Positions 25,741 to 38,274 of a DNA stretch of 64,000 bases are shown piece by piece. Every line of letters begins with the position of its first letter. Position 1 is the first letter of the stretch. Origin of the DNA: Azolla caroliniana (taxonomy: Eukaryota; Plantae; Polypodiophyta); assembly GCA_043228905.1 (NCBI GenBank), contig JBHGNT010000006.1, positions 6,944,001-7,008,000 on the forward strand, written 5' to 3'. Made by a program: the position numbers and the translations under genes. The notes below the pieces were generated by a model, which saw nothing but the letters and a program-made list of their open reading frames with translations, was not told the DNA's origin and searched no databases.

Positions 25741-26055
25741 ACGGATTACAATTAAGTGTGCTCACACACTTTTTCACACATCGTCCTTTTCTTGTTCACA
25801 CAAATTGAGCTTGATTCTCAACACGCTCCCTCAAGGTCAATTGTGTGTCCTCTTAAACTTGGTTGTCTTGGTGTAGTTAAAAACCCAACTACAGTTGGTC
25901 GGACTACTAGACCGTGGTTTTCACATTGTTTCTATGTACTCGATCTTGATCTAGCAATGTCAATATTGCCAATCCAAAATTTCGAGCTTCAAAAATTACG
26001 GGCTTTGGAAAGTCTTCCTCTAACTTGCCGGTTAAAGTCGAATTAGATGTGCCGG
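25741..26055 (-). other. Possible 3' end of another LTR element (LTR start TGTTGAG at 25823 and a PPT)
   Basis: CTCAACA followed by CGCTCCCTCAA, which reads as a purine tract next to TG on minus; no partner copy in the window. Confidence 0.35.
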
Positions 26056-29000
26056 TGTAGCGTTATTACGCGCGTACGTGTAGAAAGGGGCGGGACCACG
26101 GAGGTCTTGGACCGAAGGGCGAGAGAGAGAGAGACACAGAGAGAGATTCACCGACACGAAAAGCGAGAAGGAAAGAGATAGAATCGTAACACTTAATTAT
26201 AATGACAAGAGATTACAAACCCTAACAGTTACAACCGACGAGGCAGCGACGGACCCGATATGGGGACCCTACTTACGCACATCGACAACATTCACCCGAC
26301 TCCAAGAAACAAAGGGAAAAGGGAGCGACTCTGCTGGAAGCACACGGGCTGTCCACGAAACAGAGGCACCGCACTCCCACAGGCGGCGACGGACCCACAG
26401 AGAACGACGGCTCGGGGAGCAGAGAGAGAGCTCGGCTTCCCTTCTGCAGCAGCGCTTCCCCCCCCTTCTCCCTCGCGTGCAATACCCATTTTCTCTTGTC
26501 CCCTCCCCTTTTATTCCATGTCCCCTCTAATAAATGCGCGCGGCTTAGTAGTTACATCCACCGGTTCGCGTGCAAAGTATCCAGTCACGCGTCCATCCGT
26601 GCAAGGGCCGGTTTACGCACTTTCTCTCCGATTCCGCCTATGGCCGGTTTTCTTCACGACATCCACCCCCACCAAACCGCGCATCCCCCGGCATGCGCCA
26701 GAGACGGGTAAATCCGAAGGAAACTGGCCTCACTCGTTGCTCTTCAATTCTCCGCCGGACCCAAACTGATCATCGAACCGCTTTTTGAAAGCTTTGATCT
26801 GCTTTCCGGCCACCGGCACCGCTAACCGTGTCCCGTCGAGTTCCGCGAGGTGGTATGTGTCGTTGCCGTTCGCGCTCGTCACCATGTAGGGCCCAAACCA
26901 TCTCCTAGCAAACTTTCGCACCGCCTTGTGCTGATTGTCGAGGCTGCTGTCGTATACCAAGACCCAATCGCCTTCCTCGATCTTCTTTGGTCGCAATCGG
27001 TGCGTCCGGTTGAACCGGATCTTGTTCCGCTCCCTTGCCGCTCGCAGCCTTTCCTTCGCCCGTATCACGTCCTCGGGCCTCCACTCGAGTTGCCAAATCC
27101 GCGCCGCCAGCAACTCCTCCCGGCTCATTTCGTCCTTCCAATCTACCACCGCCCATGAAGAAACCGTCCGCTCCACCGGCATGATTGGCTTTTGTCCGTA
27201 CATCAGCTCCGTCGTCATAACTGTCACCGAACTGTGCATAGTTCGGTCCGCCCATAGTGCGTAAGGAAGGAGTCACGGCCAAATCCCGACCTGCCCTCCG
27301 CATGCACGCACCAACGCTTTTACGATAGGCCCGTGCCCACGTTCTACCTTTCCATTCGCCTCCGGATTTTACGCCGTGCGAAGGGAGAGTTTGACGCCTA
27401 GCCGGTCGAACAACTCCTCAGCTTCCCGCGCATCCAGCTCTCCCCGGTCCGCCACGATCCTCCCGACGCACCCGTACCGACACACTACTTCTTCGATCAG
27501 GAACCGGCATACCGCCGCGGTTATCTTGCTTTGCAGTGCACGGCCTTCCACTTGGTTCGTTAAGTCCTCTCGTGCAAGCACCAGGTATCGCATCTGTCCT
27601 ACCCCCATCGGCATCGTCACCAAGTCGACCATCCACTTGAAATGGACCGCAGCGGGTAGGTCGGGTGTAGCTCGTCCCGGTGTCGAACTACGGAGTGCAT
27701 CTAACAGCTTTCACAAGTCGTTACATACCGATGCACGTCCTGGTACAGCCCCGGCCACCAGTACTTCTCCTTCAGCTTTTCGAAAGTGGCCCACGTTCCG
27801 CGGTGTCCGGCCCAGGGGTTCTCGTGAAATGCCGCCAGTAGTCTCCCCTGTTCTTCTTTATTTGCCACTACTCGAAGCGGAATGCCGCTTCTCTTCTTTG
27901 GGTGCCTCCATATGCACCCGTTCCGCAGGAAGAATCGGTACACCTTCCTCCGTATCCGGCTCGCCTCCTCTCTCGCCCATGCTGCATCCGGCATCATCGT
28001 CCGTAGGAACCTCCCGATTTGGAGCCACTCCCCGTCGTACCTGCTTTCGTCAAATTCGTTAAGCGCCGGAGTGTTCCCTTTTCTTGTCGTTACGGTAGCC
28101 GACCCGAAGAAGTCTTCGTTGACTTCTTCGTCATCTGAAACCATGTCGTCTTCGTCGTTGAACCTTTCCCTCGAAAGCATGTCGGGCCATGGCGTTGTCC
28201 TTTCCGGAGATGTGCCATATCTCCGGGTTCAGGGACTTAATGTACGCTATCCACCGGAGCATTGCTAGGTCCGACGTCGCGCATCCGGAAACCATGCCGC
28301 GTATTGGCAGGCAGTCCGTCTCGATAATCACCTCCATCCCGATCAGATAATCCTTGTCGGCCTTGACTGCCGAAACGACACCCCAAAGTTCGCGCTTGAC
28401 TTGGGCGTATCCTCGCTGCCGCTCGCTCAATACCTTCGCCCCGAACCGGATCGGGAATCGTACGCCTCCCTTGTCCTCTTGACTGATTACCCACCCGATC
28501 CCGGTCGGGCTGGTGTCCACTGTTACGCAGATGGGAACATCCTTGCCGTAAATCGCTTTACGGAGAGCCGGCGCTGCCGTAAGCACCTCCTTTAGTCTCC
28601 GAACCGACTCCGTGTGCTCCGTCGTCCACTCAAAGCTACGCCCCTTTTTCAATAGTCCGTAGAGGGGTTCCGCGACATGTGCGTAGTGCGGGATCCAGAT
28701 GTGGTAGAACGCGCATGCCCCCAAGAATCTGCGGACCTCCGTGACCGACCCGCAATCGTTCCTCATCGCGGAGATAGCCTCTACCTTTGTCGGAGACGGT
28801 TTCCTACCGTAAGGCCCGCACAGGTGTCCGACCACCAAGATCTCCGACTGTCCGAAGGCCGACTTTTCCCCGGAGAAGGTGAGCCTCGCGCGTTCTAGTC
28901 TCTGCAGCACCTTCTCGCAGTCATCGATGTGGGAAGCCACGAAGTTCCGACATCCGTCCGGCCCGACCGCCTCGTCCTTTTTCTCCACCGGGAATCCCTT

Positions 29001-30436
29001 GATCGGGATGTCATCTAAGAACGGCATGGTGATGTCCGGGATACAATCCCTGAGCACTTTGTTCATCGCGTTCACCATGTGAGCCACTGATTTCGTCCCT
29101 CCCTGTGGTAGGGTACACATCCGCACTAGGCCGAGAGGAGTCCGCATCATCGTAATGTCTCTGCTCTCCACGGCTAGTTGGAACTGATCGTACCCCGAGT
29201 ACAGATCACCGACAGAATAGATCGACCTTCCAGCGAAGGCCTCCGCAAACTCGTCTATGGTCGGTCCGATCCCTGCATTACGGATGGTCACCTTGTTGAA
29301 TGGTTGAAGGTCCTGGATGAAGTGCAGCGTGCCGTTCTTCTTCGGCACCGTAAACCACCGATTCGAATACAGGGCACTCGACAGTTCGAGGATGCCCATC
29401 TCCACCTTTTGCTTTAGGAGCTCCATCAACTTCGGGATGTGAGCTCTTGGCACCGGAATCGGCTTGAGATTCCACGGTACATGCGGTACCGTGAAGATCA
29501 CCATCGGTTCGACAACTGTCGGGTTTACGCACCCGATCTCCTCCGGTGAGAATGCGAAAGCCTTCCCGTGCCTTCCGAGCATTCTCCGAAACCGGTCCTC
29601 CTCTGGTGAGAATGCGAAAGCCTTCCCGTGCCTTCCGAGCATTCCCCGAAACCGGTCCTCCTCCGCCGGCAGTAGGAAGCCGCCCCCACCGACCTTGAGC
29701 TCCCGTAGCGTTATGTCGGTGAACCGGTGCCCTATGCCAACCGGATTCCGTAAACTTGGGTCTGACGCGACCCCTTTTATCCACTCCTCGCTGCCCTCCG
29801 GCAAGGGTGCCGCGACTGGCCTCACCTTCCGGTCCACAGTCTTGTATTTCGTATCCACGCGAGCCGTCCAATCCAACCCGATCCTTTCCCCGAAGTCCGC
29901 GATGACTTCGTACATTCCCATCGATCCTACCGGAACGGTCCGGTCTTCTCTAAGGTCTTCACCGATCACCTTCCGTAGTTCGCCCAAGGTGTCGTCAAAA
30001 GAGACCGCCTCTATGGTGCCGCTGATGTCTTCATCGGGGAAGAGGACTCCGCATCCCTTGAGCCGCTCTTCCGCTCGCTTCCTCTCCCGGCCGCTGACGC
30101 CGGTTATAGTACAACCTCCGTTGGCGGAGAACCAAAACTTCCTACCCATGGTACCAGTCTTCTTTCGTACTGTACATTTGTGGGGTTGTTCCTGGGAGTC
30201 CGGACTATCGCGGCCCCACGCCTTGATAGCCCTCTCTAAACATCCCCTCGGGTTTCGCTGCCGAGGGCGTCGCGGTTACGCTCATGGTTTGGTCTCACCG
30301 TTAGGAACTGGACCGAGTGGCGCCCGTCCTGGCTTTTGACTCTTGCATAGGCTGAACCGTTGTCCAGCACCTTGGTCTCCATCCGTGCCGTCGTGATATA
30401 TGGCTCTCCTAGTATAACTGGATGCGAGGACATCTC
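26056..30436 (-). mobile_element. 5'-truncated group A Ty3/Gypsy element (3' LTR 26056-26661, PPT 26662-26673)
   Basis: Protease end 30236-30436, RT-RH ORF 28131-30149, integrase fragments 27701-28180, 27369-27632 and 26730-27239 (WFGPY). Confidence 0.9.
26730..30240 (-). pseudogene. pol: pol (RT-RNaseH-integrase) with frameshifts
   Basis: FLDD, VDTS, IETDC, H..GH..C..C, VDL..ADRG and GPY motifs; in-frame 60-bp duplication near 29540-29660. Confidence 0.88.
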
Positions 30437-31614
30437 CATGTGGCACACATGTAGAGAAACTTTGCATGTGCGTTATATGGTGTACATGAAATACATTACA
30501 TGGTTTTGACTACACAACATTTGTTGCAAAATAATGCAAATAAATCCCTAAGAACAATAATACTAAAGAACTTTGAGTCTCGAATGTAAATCAACTCCAA
30601 TGAGTTGAATCAGGTGGATCTCCAAGGAGTGATGGGTCACCGAACCAAGTCGAGATGTGTGGTTGTAGTTGAGGCAAGTGTGGAATCGTGGTGGCACCAA
30701 TCGGTCGTATCCCTTTACGACATGCACCCCCTCCAAACTTGCACATCCTCTGGTATGTGCCAAGTGGAGAAAATTCCACCAAAGTCTTATTTCCTTTTAT
30801 TTGAACATTTGATGCATGCCAATCATCTTCATTCAATTCCGGAATCGACATGAGAGACATCTTCTCCCCTTCAAACTTCTCGTTTACTTTCTCTTCTAGA
30901 TGAGTATCATGTGATGAAACTATCGTTATCGCTTCTAATTGGATACTTGTAGTTGCCACGTCATGGATCACCTCTTCTTCAACATCTTCTTCCCAATTTG
31001 AATTAGCTTCCACGGATCGTTCATCCTACAAAATGTCAAGAACAAGAGAGGCTCTTTGTTTAAAGAGTTTAATTCTTTTACTAGCAATCAGAATTCAAAG
31101 AAGAGTTCCATCAAATTATGACAAGATATATGTTCCATTTTGCCGGACTTCTACCACTCAATACGGCCCAAACCATCGATGAGAGAATTTTTGAATAGAT
31201 TTGTGTTGATGCTCAAGGCTACTATCAAACACCAAAACCCAGTCTCCTATTTCAATGGGAATATTCCGAACTCGATGTCTCTTGTCAAATCGATCCTTAT
31301 TCTTCAATCGAACTTCTTGTTGTTTCTTGGCAGCTTCAGCTATATCCTCCGGCCTATTCTCTAATTGCCGAATTCGAATAGCCAACAAATCTTCACGTTC
31401 CATCTGATCTTCCCAAGGTGAAACTCCCCAAGTGGGAATCATCCGCTCGGTAGGCATAATAGGCTTCTAACCAAAAAGTAGTTCCGATGGCATAAATCCT
31501 GTAACAGAGTTATGAGTACATCTATCAACCTAGAGAGCATAAGGAAGCATGTCAGGCCACATAGAAATTCGGCCATCACATGCTTTGACCAAAGCTTTCA
31601 TAATCGGAACATGG

Positions 31615-32033
31615 TGTTACCGGCCGGCAAGGAGTCCAAAATACGGAGTGAAGGAATTAATTATATATGGTTGTAAATGAGGATAGTGTGGACGGACGGA
31701 CTGGAAACGGTATGCCGTTCCAGATCCGGACGGATCCCGAATAGGTGCGAGGGGCACCGTTTTGTACTACAGGCCGGAAACCTATTTAAAGGCCCGGACC
31801 CCATTGTAATGACAGCGGATAATTAATAGAGCTTATGATGTTTATACTTTTGTCTTGATTCCGTTCTGTATTTACTGTTCTATCTTACGCGTGTAATTAA
31901 CCAAAGCAATCTAATCGTGTAACCTACGTAAGTCGGTGTAATCGTTGAATCTTAATCCTATGCCGTAATCACCCTTTGGTGAAGTGTCTCCGTGACACCT
32001 TGTGTTAGGCCTTGTCCGGCCCAGCGAATAACA
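31615..32033 (+). repeat. 5' LTR
   Basis: Matches 41031-41449; TATTTAAA at ~31783. Confidence 0.95.
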
Positions 32034-32039
32034 CAGTTT

Positions 32040-32050
32040 TGGCGACCACG
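32040..32050 (+). promoter_or_regulatory. Primer-binding site, probably tRNA-Arg
   Basis: TGGCGACCACG, 6 nt after the LTR; complementary to ...GTGGTCGCCA, as in plant tRNA-Arg. Confidence 0.6.
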
Positions 32051-32084
32051 ATTCCTGCTTTCTCGCAGCGAACGACGGTAATGG

Positions 32085-35000
32085 ATGACTAGACCAACGC
32101 ACGACTTGGTTACAGACCGAGCTCGACGCCTCGCCGAACGGCAAAGACGGCGTGAGACTTTCCAGCAAGCAGCGCAGGAAATTCGCTCGGATCGTTCGTT
32201 CTCCAACGAGATCCGGAGAGTCGCGGAGGAATCTCTCCGGTTACGGCAAACTCGCGACCAGGACGACGGCAGCAGTCTAAGTAGTCTCCGGGAAACCGAA
32301 CGACTCCTGGAGGCGCTGGCAAGCGGAGAAAACGAGGCAGAAGCCTTTTCAGCCTACGAATCGGATTCCGAAGGGGGATACAGCGTGCATACGAACTACC
32401 GGAGCAGCAACGATACCCCCGGCGGCCCGGAGGACGACGGGTCGGATACCGTGCCGACTCCAGAACCGGAACCGCGCAACCAGGGCTATCCGAAACCACA
32501 AACGGAAGCCGTCAACCCACCAACACCGGAAGTGGAAGAAGCAAAGCCACCGACACCAACGAAAGAGCCGGTGAAGGAACCGGAAAAAGAACCGGAAAAA
32601 GCACCGGCAAAAGAACCGGAAGTGGAACCGGAGAGAAAACCGGAAAGATATCAACAAACGCCACTAAACCGCGGCCTAATACTGGACAACGACATGCCGT
32701 TCCAATATTCAAAGTATCGCGATGATCCGGACGCGGAAGCGCATGTTCATGACTTCGAGCAGACGTGGGAAGCAAATCACACGTCCCAGCGAATGACACC
32801 GGAGGAAGAAGAACGCTCGAAGATAGCGGAATTCGGAGTCACGTTGGAGGGACCGGCGACACGATGGCGGCGGACGCAGGACCCGGCGACCATCACAACC
32901 TTTGCAGAATTAAAAGCAAAATTCTTGCATTTCTTCCACAAGGAGGTCGACCAGACGACAATGGTGGGCCTGTTTTATACGATCCGGCAGGAGGCAGGGG
33001 AAAGCATTCCCCAATTCGTCATCCGTTTCCAACGAATGCATAGCCAGCTTGCCCGTGCACCCCCGGAGGAGGAATTACGGACGATATTTTTAAACGCACT
33101 CCGGGAACCGTTACGCACGGTGTGTACGGTAATCGACTTTCGAGGATGCACCATCGACCAGGTCATTGACCGGGTCAGAGAAATGGAAAAGACAAGCTCA
33201 TGGCTTACGCTGGGAACACTGCAACGGGCGTTACCCACCGAGGAAGATCTCCGGTTCCGGCAGGCAATTCAATGCACAATCTGCTTGAATGCCGGACACT
33301 CGGCAGTAGAGTGCACCATGCGCACTCAGTGTGTGATTTGTCAATCCAAGAGTCATACAACGGACCGGTGCGAGTACAACCTGTTAAATCGACAAGCACC
33401 ACCCGTCCGACGGATCGAGCCAAGAAACAGCCGAGACGAAGATGACGATCGTTGGCAAAGAATGAACCGGTACCCACCGGCACAGGATGTCCGGTACGGA
33501 GACAGGCAAGAGAATGATGGCCGGTACGGGAATCGGCGTGATAACTACGACCGGTATGAGCGATCGGACCGTTATCGGGAGCTCAACAGACGACACGAGC
33601 AATACGACAGAGACCATTCCCCTGGTTACCGAAGGCACCAGGAGGACTACGGCCGATTTTACGATCCACCACGACCGGACTACCGAAATAAAAAGAATAA
33701 TAAGAAACGTAATTTCAAGAAAGGTGGTCATACTAGGGACCCGGAACAGGGAACCCCAAGGAGCCAACCGGCACAGAACGCACCACTCACTACGGGACCG
33801 ACTCCGGATACCAACAAAGTTGAATCCAGCAATACCCGTAAAGAGTACTGCTATTACTGCAGGCAGGAAGGCCATTACAGTAACCAGTGCCCGGCAAAGA
33901 GCTACGATAAACGACCGACAGTTAATATGGTGGTTCCGGAAGTGACAGATATACAGCAAGTAACCACACGGTCGAAAGGCATGGCCAAAGAGTGGGAAAC
34001 ACAAGAGGCCATACGAAAACAGGCGATGGAATGGGTGAAGGAAGCCAATGAAAGGAACGTCGCGGACACGGAATGGCAAAAGGCAAATACCATAGGGAGT
34101 GCCGGCGGTAGCCACCCAGAAAACGAGACATGGCAAGCACTGCAAGAATGTCAGATCACGTTGCCATTAGGAAGACTCTTGCAACTCGTGCCGCGATTCA
34201 CGGAAGGACTAAAAACGGTCATGACAGACGGTATAGCCCCACCGGCACCAGTCCTCTTCTCGAATCCGGAGGAGGGACCGACGGTGGTGGACACTAGTAG
34301 TCCGGTGATTACAGCTATTGTCAAAGGGCACGAACTTCCCGGTACCGTAATCGATGGAGGTTCCGGAGTGAACGTAATAAGCCTCTGCACGTGTGATGCC
34401 TTGGGTATACATGAATGGGAGCCATGTCCGTTCTGGCTACGAATGGCGGATACGAGCTCTGTACGGCCAACGGGCTTAATACGGAAATTGGAGGTCACCA
34501 TACGAGGTCACACATTTCACATCTCGGCTGTAGTGCTGCAGCTACAGGCGCAAGGCGCGTACCCACTGTTGCTGGGCAGACCATGGTTGAAAACAGCACA
34601 CATCAAGCAAAATTGGCGGAAAAATATGATTACCTTCCGGCGCGGAAAAGCCAAGGTCCGGGTACCGACACAACCACGGACGAGCAACGGTAAGGAATGC
34701 ACACCGCTATATGCGGAATGCGTGAACATGCTTGAAGGGTTGGCAGACGACGAAGAAGCCCAGTACCTGGAGGAACACCCGAAGATCGTACCACTCTTCG
34801 AGATCGACGTAGCTGAAGCCGTAGCCCCATACTTGCCGCAGCGGGACGACACCGAAGCCGAACCAGACAAAGATGCGATTCGGGAATTACGGCAAGCACA
34901 GGAAGCATTGGAACGGGAAATGGCCGTTTCCCAACGGGTAAAAGCATCCCAGCTCGACGAAGTGAACCTAGGAAGCAAGGACGAATCAAAGCCGGTTCAC

Positions 35001-37916
35001 ATCGCCAAAGAAATGAAGCCGGAAGATAAAGCGGCGATGATCAAACTTCTCACGGAGTTTCGCGACGTATTCGCCTGGTCATACGAGGACATGCGAGGGC
35101 TGGACCCTCAATTATATCAGCATCAGATCCACCTAGGCAAGGACGCGAAACCAGTGGCGCAAAGACGTTACCGAATGAACCCCAACTACGCCGCCAAAGT
35201 GAAGGAGGAAATCGACAAACTCCTAAGAGTGGGCTTCATCCGGCCGGTAAAGAAAGCGACGTGGTTGAGCCCCATTGTCGTCGTGCCAAAGAAGAACGGT
35301 AAAATCCGCGTGTGTGTAGATTACAGGAAACTAAATGCCGCCACAATTACGGATGCATTCCCTCTTCCGTTCACGGACGGAGTACTGGATGCCGTCGCCG
35401 GTCATGAGGTCTATAGTTTTTTAGACGGGTTCAGCGGATACAATCAAATCCGGATGCACCCTGACGACCAGGAGAAGACAGCGTTCATCACCGAATGGGG
35501 GGTGTTTGTGGCCGAAGTAATGATGTTCGGCCTAAAAACGGCACCAGCAACGTTCCAGCGAATCATCATGGAGATCTTCGGCGAATACATTCCGGCCTTC
35601 ATGCAGGTTTTCCTGGATGATTTTGCAGTCTATAGCCGGGGAAAAGACCATTTGCAGCACCTACGGTTATGCCTTGAAAAGTGTAGGTTATACCGGCTAA
35701 GCTTAAACCCAGCAAAATGCATCTTTGGAGTTTCAAGTGGAATCTTACTGGGACACATTGTAAGTAAGGAGGGCATTGCGGTCGACCCGGACAAAGTAAA
35801 CGCGATACTAGGGGCACCGGCGCCGAAAACGGCCAAAGCACTAAGCCGATTCTTAGGACAGATCCGGTGGCACAGCCGGATGCTCCGTCACTTGGCTGAC
35901 TTGGCTACACCATTACACACCGCGGTACATCGGACACCGTTCCAATGGACGGATACGGAGGATAAGGCATACAATGCCCTGAAGGTGCTTTTGTCGCAAG
36001 CACCCGTCGTGCAGCCTCCGGATTGGAGCAAGGAATTTCACGTGTTCGTTGACGCGTCCGACATCGCTATCGGCAGCGCCTTAATGCAACTTACGGAGCC
36101 TAAATGGTACCGGCCGGTCTATTACGCCAGCCGGAAGCTGTCCCAAGCGGAGAAGAACTATTCGACGACGGAACGGGAGGCCCTGGGCATGATCTACAGT
36201 GTCACAAAGTTTCGGCATTACCTATTGGGAAGGAAGTTCTCCTTTCATGTGGATCACTCGGCGCTCCTGTACTTAGTGTCCAAGGCGTCCCTGACCGGTA
36301 AGTTGGCCCGTTGGACCTTGCTATTGCAGGAGTTCGAATTCGAGATCTTCCACCGCCCCGGTATCCAGCATGCCGTAGCAGACTACCTGAGCCGGTTAGA
36401 GTCCGGAGAAGCAGGCGACGGAGTAGCGGATGAATTCCCGGACGCAGAGTTATTCCGTATCACCCCGGAAACGGCAGCGGACGACACGGTGGCATCAGAA
36501 GATAGGTGGCTGACAAACATGCACCAGTTCGTAAGCACGGGCCTGCCACCGGAGGAAATGAACCGGGACGAGAGGAAACGACTGGCGGTGCAGAGCCGCA
36601 ATTTCTGTCTGTTACGGGACACTCTCTACCACAAAGGAGCAGATGGAATATGGAGACGGGCAGTCCGTAGTGACGAGAAAGAAGTAATCTTACGGGAAGC
36701 ACACTGTGGGGTTGCCGGAGGACACTATGCCGGGGAAGCGACGGCGAGAAAAGTATGGCAGAGCGGCTTGTGGTGGCCCACGACGTTAAAAGACGCCGTC
36801 AAGTACGCTAAGGAATGTGACCTATGCCAACGAATGGGCCAGCCTACGGAGCAAGCACGGATGCCACACCAACCAGTACTTCCACTAGAGCCATTCCAGA
36901 AGTGGGGGTTGGATTTTGTCGGACCGTTCAAGCCACCGGCAATGAGAACGGGTAATCGTTATGTCATAGTGGCAACGGATTATTGCACTAAATGGGTGGA
37001 AGCTAAGGCCCTGAGAGACAACACCGCGTCATCCACAGCAAAATTCCTGTACGAAAACATTTGGTGCCGATATGGATGTCCGATTGAATTAATCAGCGAC
37101 CAAGGAGGGCACTTCCTCGGCCAGGTAGTGGAAAGCTTAACAACGTTCTATGCCGTGGTCCACAAACGAAGCACACCGTACTACCCACAGGCGAACGGGT
37201 TAGCAGAGTCCACCAACAAAACGCTGCAGAACATTCTCCGCAAAATCGTCAATGAAAACCGCACGGACTGGGATACAAAGCTCCATAGCGCGCTATGGGC
37301 GTACCGAACGGCATACAAAACAAGTATCCGGACAACACCGTTCCGGTTAGCATTCGGCTTAGAAGCGGTCATGCCGGTGGAATTTCAGGTACCAAGCTTA
37401 CGGATCCAACTACGGGAACGGCTGAATGAAAAGAAGTCGGAGGAAATGCGGCTAGCAGCACTATGCGAACTGGAGGAGCAACGGCTGGCCAGCATCCTAC
37501 ACATGGAACTGGAGCAACGACGACGGAAAGCGTTCGTTGACCGTCACCGGAAAGGTAATGAGAAGATGTTCGAAATCGGAAAGCCGGTGCTAGTATTCCA
37601 AACGAGGATGGGCAAAATGCCGGGGAAACTCCGGTTCAGATGGACAGGCCCGTATTGGCTGACACGGGAATACAACGGGTCCTATCAGATAGGGACACTT
37701 GCCGGTGAAGTACTAGGCAAGTGGGTGAACGGATTTCGACTAAAGCCCTATAAAGGACCGATGCCAAAGAACCCGTTTATGCAGCCCACTGGCACTATAC
37801 CGGGAACGGTACGGATGGAAGAAAAAGACGACGGGGAACCAGTGGCAAAGGCAAAGGAAGACACGGCAACCCGTAAGGAAAACGGTAAGGGTCCGAAGGG
37901 ACCTACGGATGTGTAA
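32085..37916 (+). CDS. gag-pol: Gag-Pol polyprotein, 1943 aa (Gag, three CCHC knuckles, protease, RT, RNase H, integrase)
   Basis: CTICLNAGHSAVEC, CVICQSKSHTTDRC, CYYCRQEGHYSNQC; IDGGSG; FLDD; VDASD; HCGVAGGH..CDLC; WGLDF..SDQG..NGLAE; WTGPY. Confidence 0.95.
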   Translation: MTRPTHDLVTDRARRLAERQRRRETFQQAAQEIRSDRSFSNEIRRVAEESLRLRQTRDQDDGSSLSSLRETERLLEALASGENEAEAFSAYESDSEGGYSVHTNYRSSNDTPGGPEDDGSDTVPTPEPEPRNQGYPKPQTEAVNPPTPEVEEAKPPTPTKEPVKEPEKEPEKAPAKEPEVEPERKPERYQQTPLNRGLILDNDMPFQYSKYRDDPDAEAHVHDFEQTWEANHTSQRMTPEEEERSKIAEFGVTLEGPATRWRRTQDPATITTFAELKAKFLHFFHKEVDQTTMVGLFYTIRQEAGESIPQFVIRFQRMHSQLARAPPEEELRTIFLNALREPLRTVCTVIDFRGCTIDQVIDRVREMEKTSSWLTLGTLQRALPTEEDLRFRQAIQCTICLNAGHSAVECTMRTQCVICQSKSHTTDRCEYNLLNRQAPPVRRIEPRNSRDEDDDRWQRMNRYPPAQDVRYGDRQENDGRYGNRRDNYDRYERSDRYRELNRRHEQYDRDHSPGYRRHQEDYGRFYDPPRPDYRNKKNNKKRNFKKGGHTRDPEQGTPRSQPAQNAPLTTGPTPDTNKVESSNTRKEYCYYCRQEGHYSNQCPAKSYDKRPTVNMVVPEVTDIQQVTTRSKGMAKEWETQEAIRKQAMEWVKEANERNVADTEWQKANTIGSAGGSHPENETWQALQECQITLPLGRLLQLVPRFTEGLKTVMTDGIAPPAPVLFSNPEEGPTVVDTSSPVITAIVKGHELPGTVIDGGSGVNVISLCTCDALGIHEWEPCPFWLRMADTSSVRPTGLIRKLEVTIRGHTFHISAVVLQLQAQGAYPLLLGRPWLKTAHIKQNWRKNMITFRRGKAKVRVPTQPRTSNGKECTPLYAECVNMLEGLADDEEAQYLEEHPKIVPLFEIDVAEAVAPYLPQRDDTEAEPDKDAIRELRQAQEALEREMAVSQRVKASQLDEVNLGSKDESKPVHIAKEMKPEDKAAMIKLLTEFRDVFAWSYEDMRGLDPQLYQHQIHLGKDAKPVAQRRYRMNPNYAAKVKEEIDKLLRVGFIRPVKKATWLSPIVVVPKKNGKIRVCVDYRKLNAATITDAFPLPFTDGVLDAVAGHEVYSFLDGFSGYNQIRMHPDDQEKTAFITEWGVFVAEVMMFGLKTAPATFQRIIMEIFGEYIPAFMQVFLDDFAVYSRGKDHLQHLRLCLEKCRLYRLSLNPAKCIFGVSSGILLGHIVSKEGIAVDPDKVNAILGAPAPKTAKALSRFLGQIRWHSRMLRHLADLATPLHTAVHRTPFQWTDTEDKAYNALKVLLSQAPVVQPPDWSKEFHVFVDASDIAIGSALMQLTEPKWYRPVYYASRKLSQAEKNYSTTEREALGMIYSVTKFRHYLLGRKFSFHVDHSALLYLVSKASLTGKLARWTLLLQEFEFEIFHRPGIQHAVADYLSRLESGEAGDGVADEFPDAELFRITPETAADDTVASEDRWLTNMHQFVSTGLPPEEMNRDERKRLAVQSRNFCLLRDTLYHKGADGIWRRAVRSDEKEVILREAHCGVAGGHYAGEATARKVWQSGLWWPTTLKDAVKYAKECDLCQRMGQPTEQARMPHQPVLPLEPFQKWGLDFVGPFKPPAMRTGNRYVIVATDYCTKWVEAKALRDNTASSTAKFLYENIWCRYGCPIELISDQGGHFLGQVVESLTTFYAVVHKRSTPYYPQANGLAESTNKTLQNILRKIVNENRTDWDTKLHSALWAYRTAYKTSIRTTPFRLAFGLEAVMPVEFQVPSLRIQLRERLNEKKSEEMRLAALCELEEQRLASILHMELEQRRRKAFVDRHRKGNEKMFEIGKPVLVFQTRMGKMPGKLRFRWTGPYWLTREYNGSYQIGTLAGEVLGKWVNGFRLKPYKGPMPKNPFMQPTGTIPGTVRMEEKDDGEPVAKAKEDTATRKENGKGPKGPTDV

Positions 37917-37930
37917 GATCACATACCGTC

Positions 37931-37959
<29 letters not shown>
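37931..37959 (+). repeat. Poly(A)29 tract between pol and the extra ORF
   Basis: Read directly from the sequence. Confidence 0.9.
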
Positions 37960-37963
<4 letters not shown>

Positions 37964-38274
37964 TAAAAATCGAGGTATGAACGGGTGTGAAAGCAAGGCG
38001 CGAAAAGGTACGTAGTGGGCATTTAAGAGCCGCCACGTACTTAATACTAAATCGGTACACGACGTGCGCATGCTCGAAAAAAGGCGCCAAGACGCACAGA
38101 GAAAAAGAAGAGCGCATGGAGACCTTCTTTTTTCGCGAGCCAAGAAGCACAGAAGCACCAAGGCAGTGGAAGCTGAGCAAACGCGAACCTGCACGCAGAG
38201 AACCCCCGCGCTCAGAACGCTCTCACTCTCATCACCACTCTACTTCGCCATCTTCCCTCGACCTTGAAGCAGAC

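Noticed and set aside
29464-30339. Antisense ORFs over pol (also 54927-55667, 52984-53754)
   Set aside because: Shadow frames expected from GC-rich codon usage.
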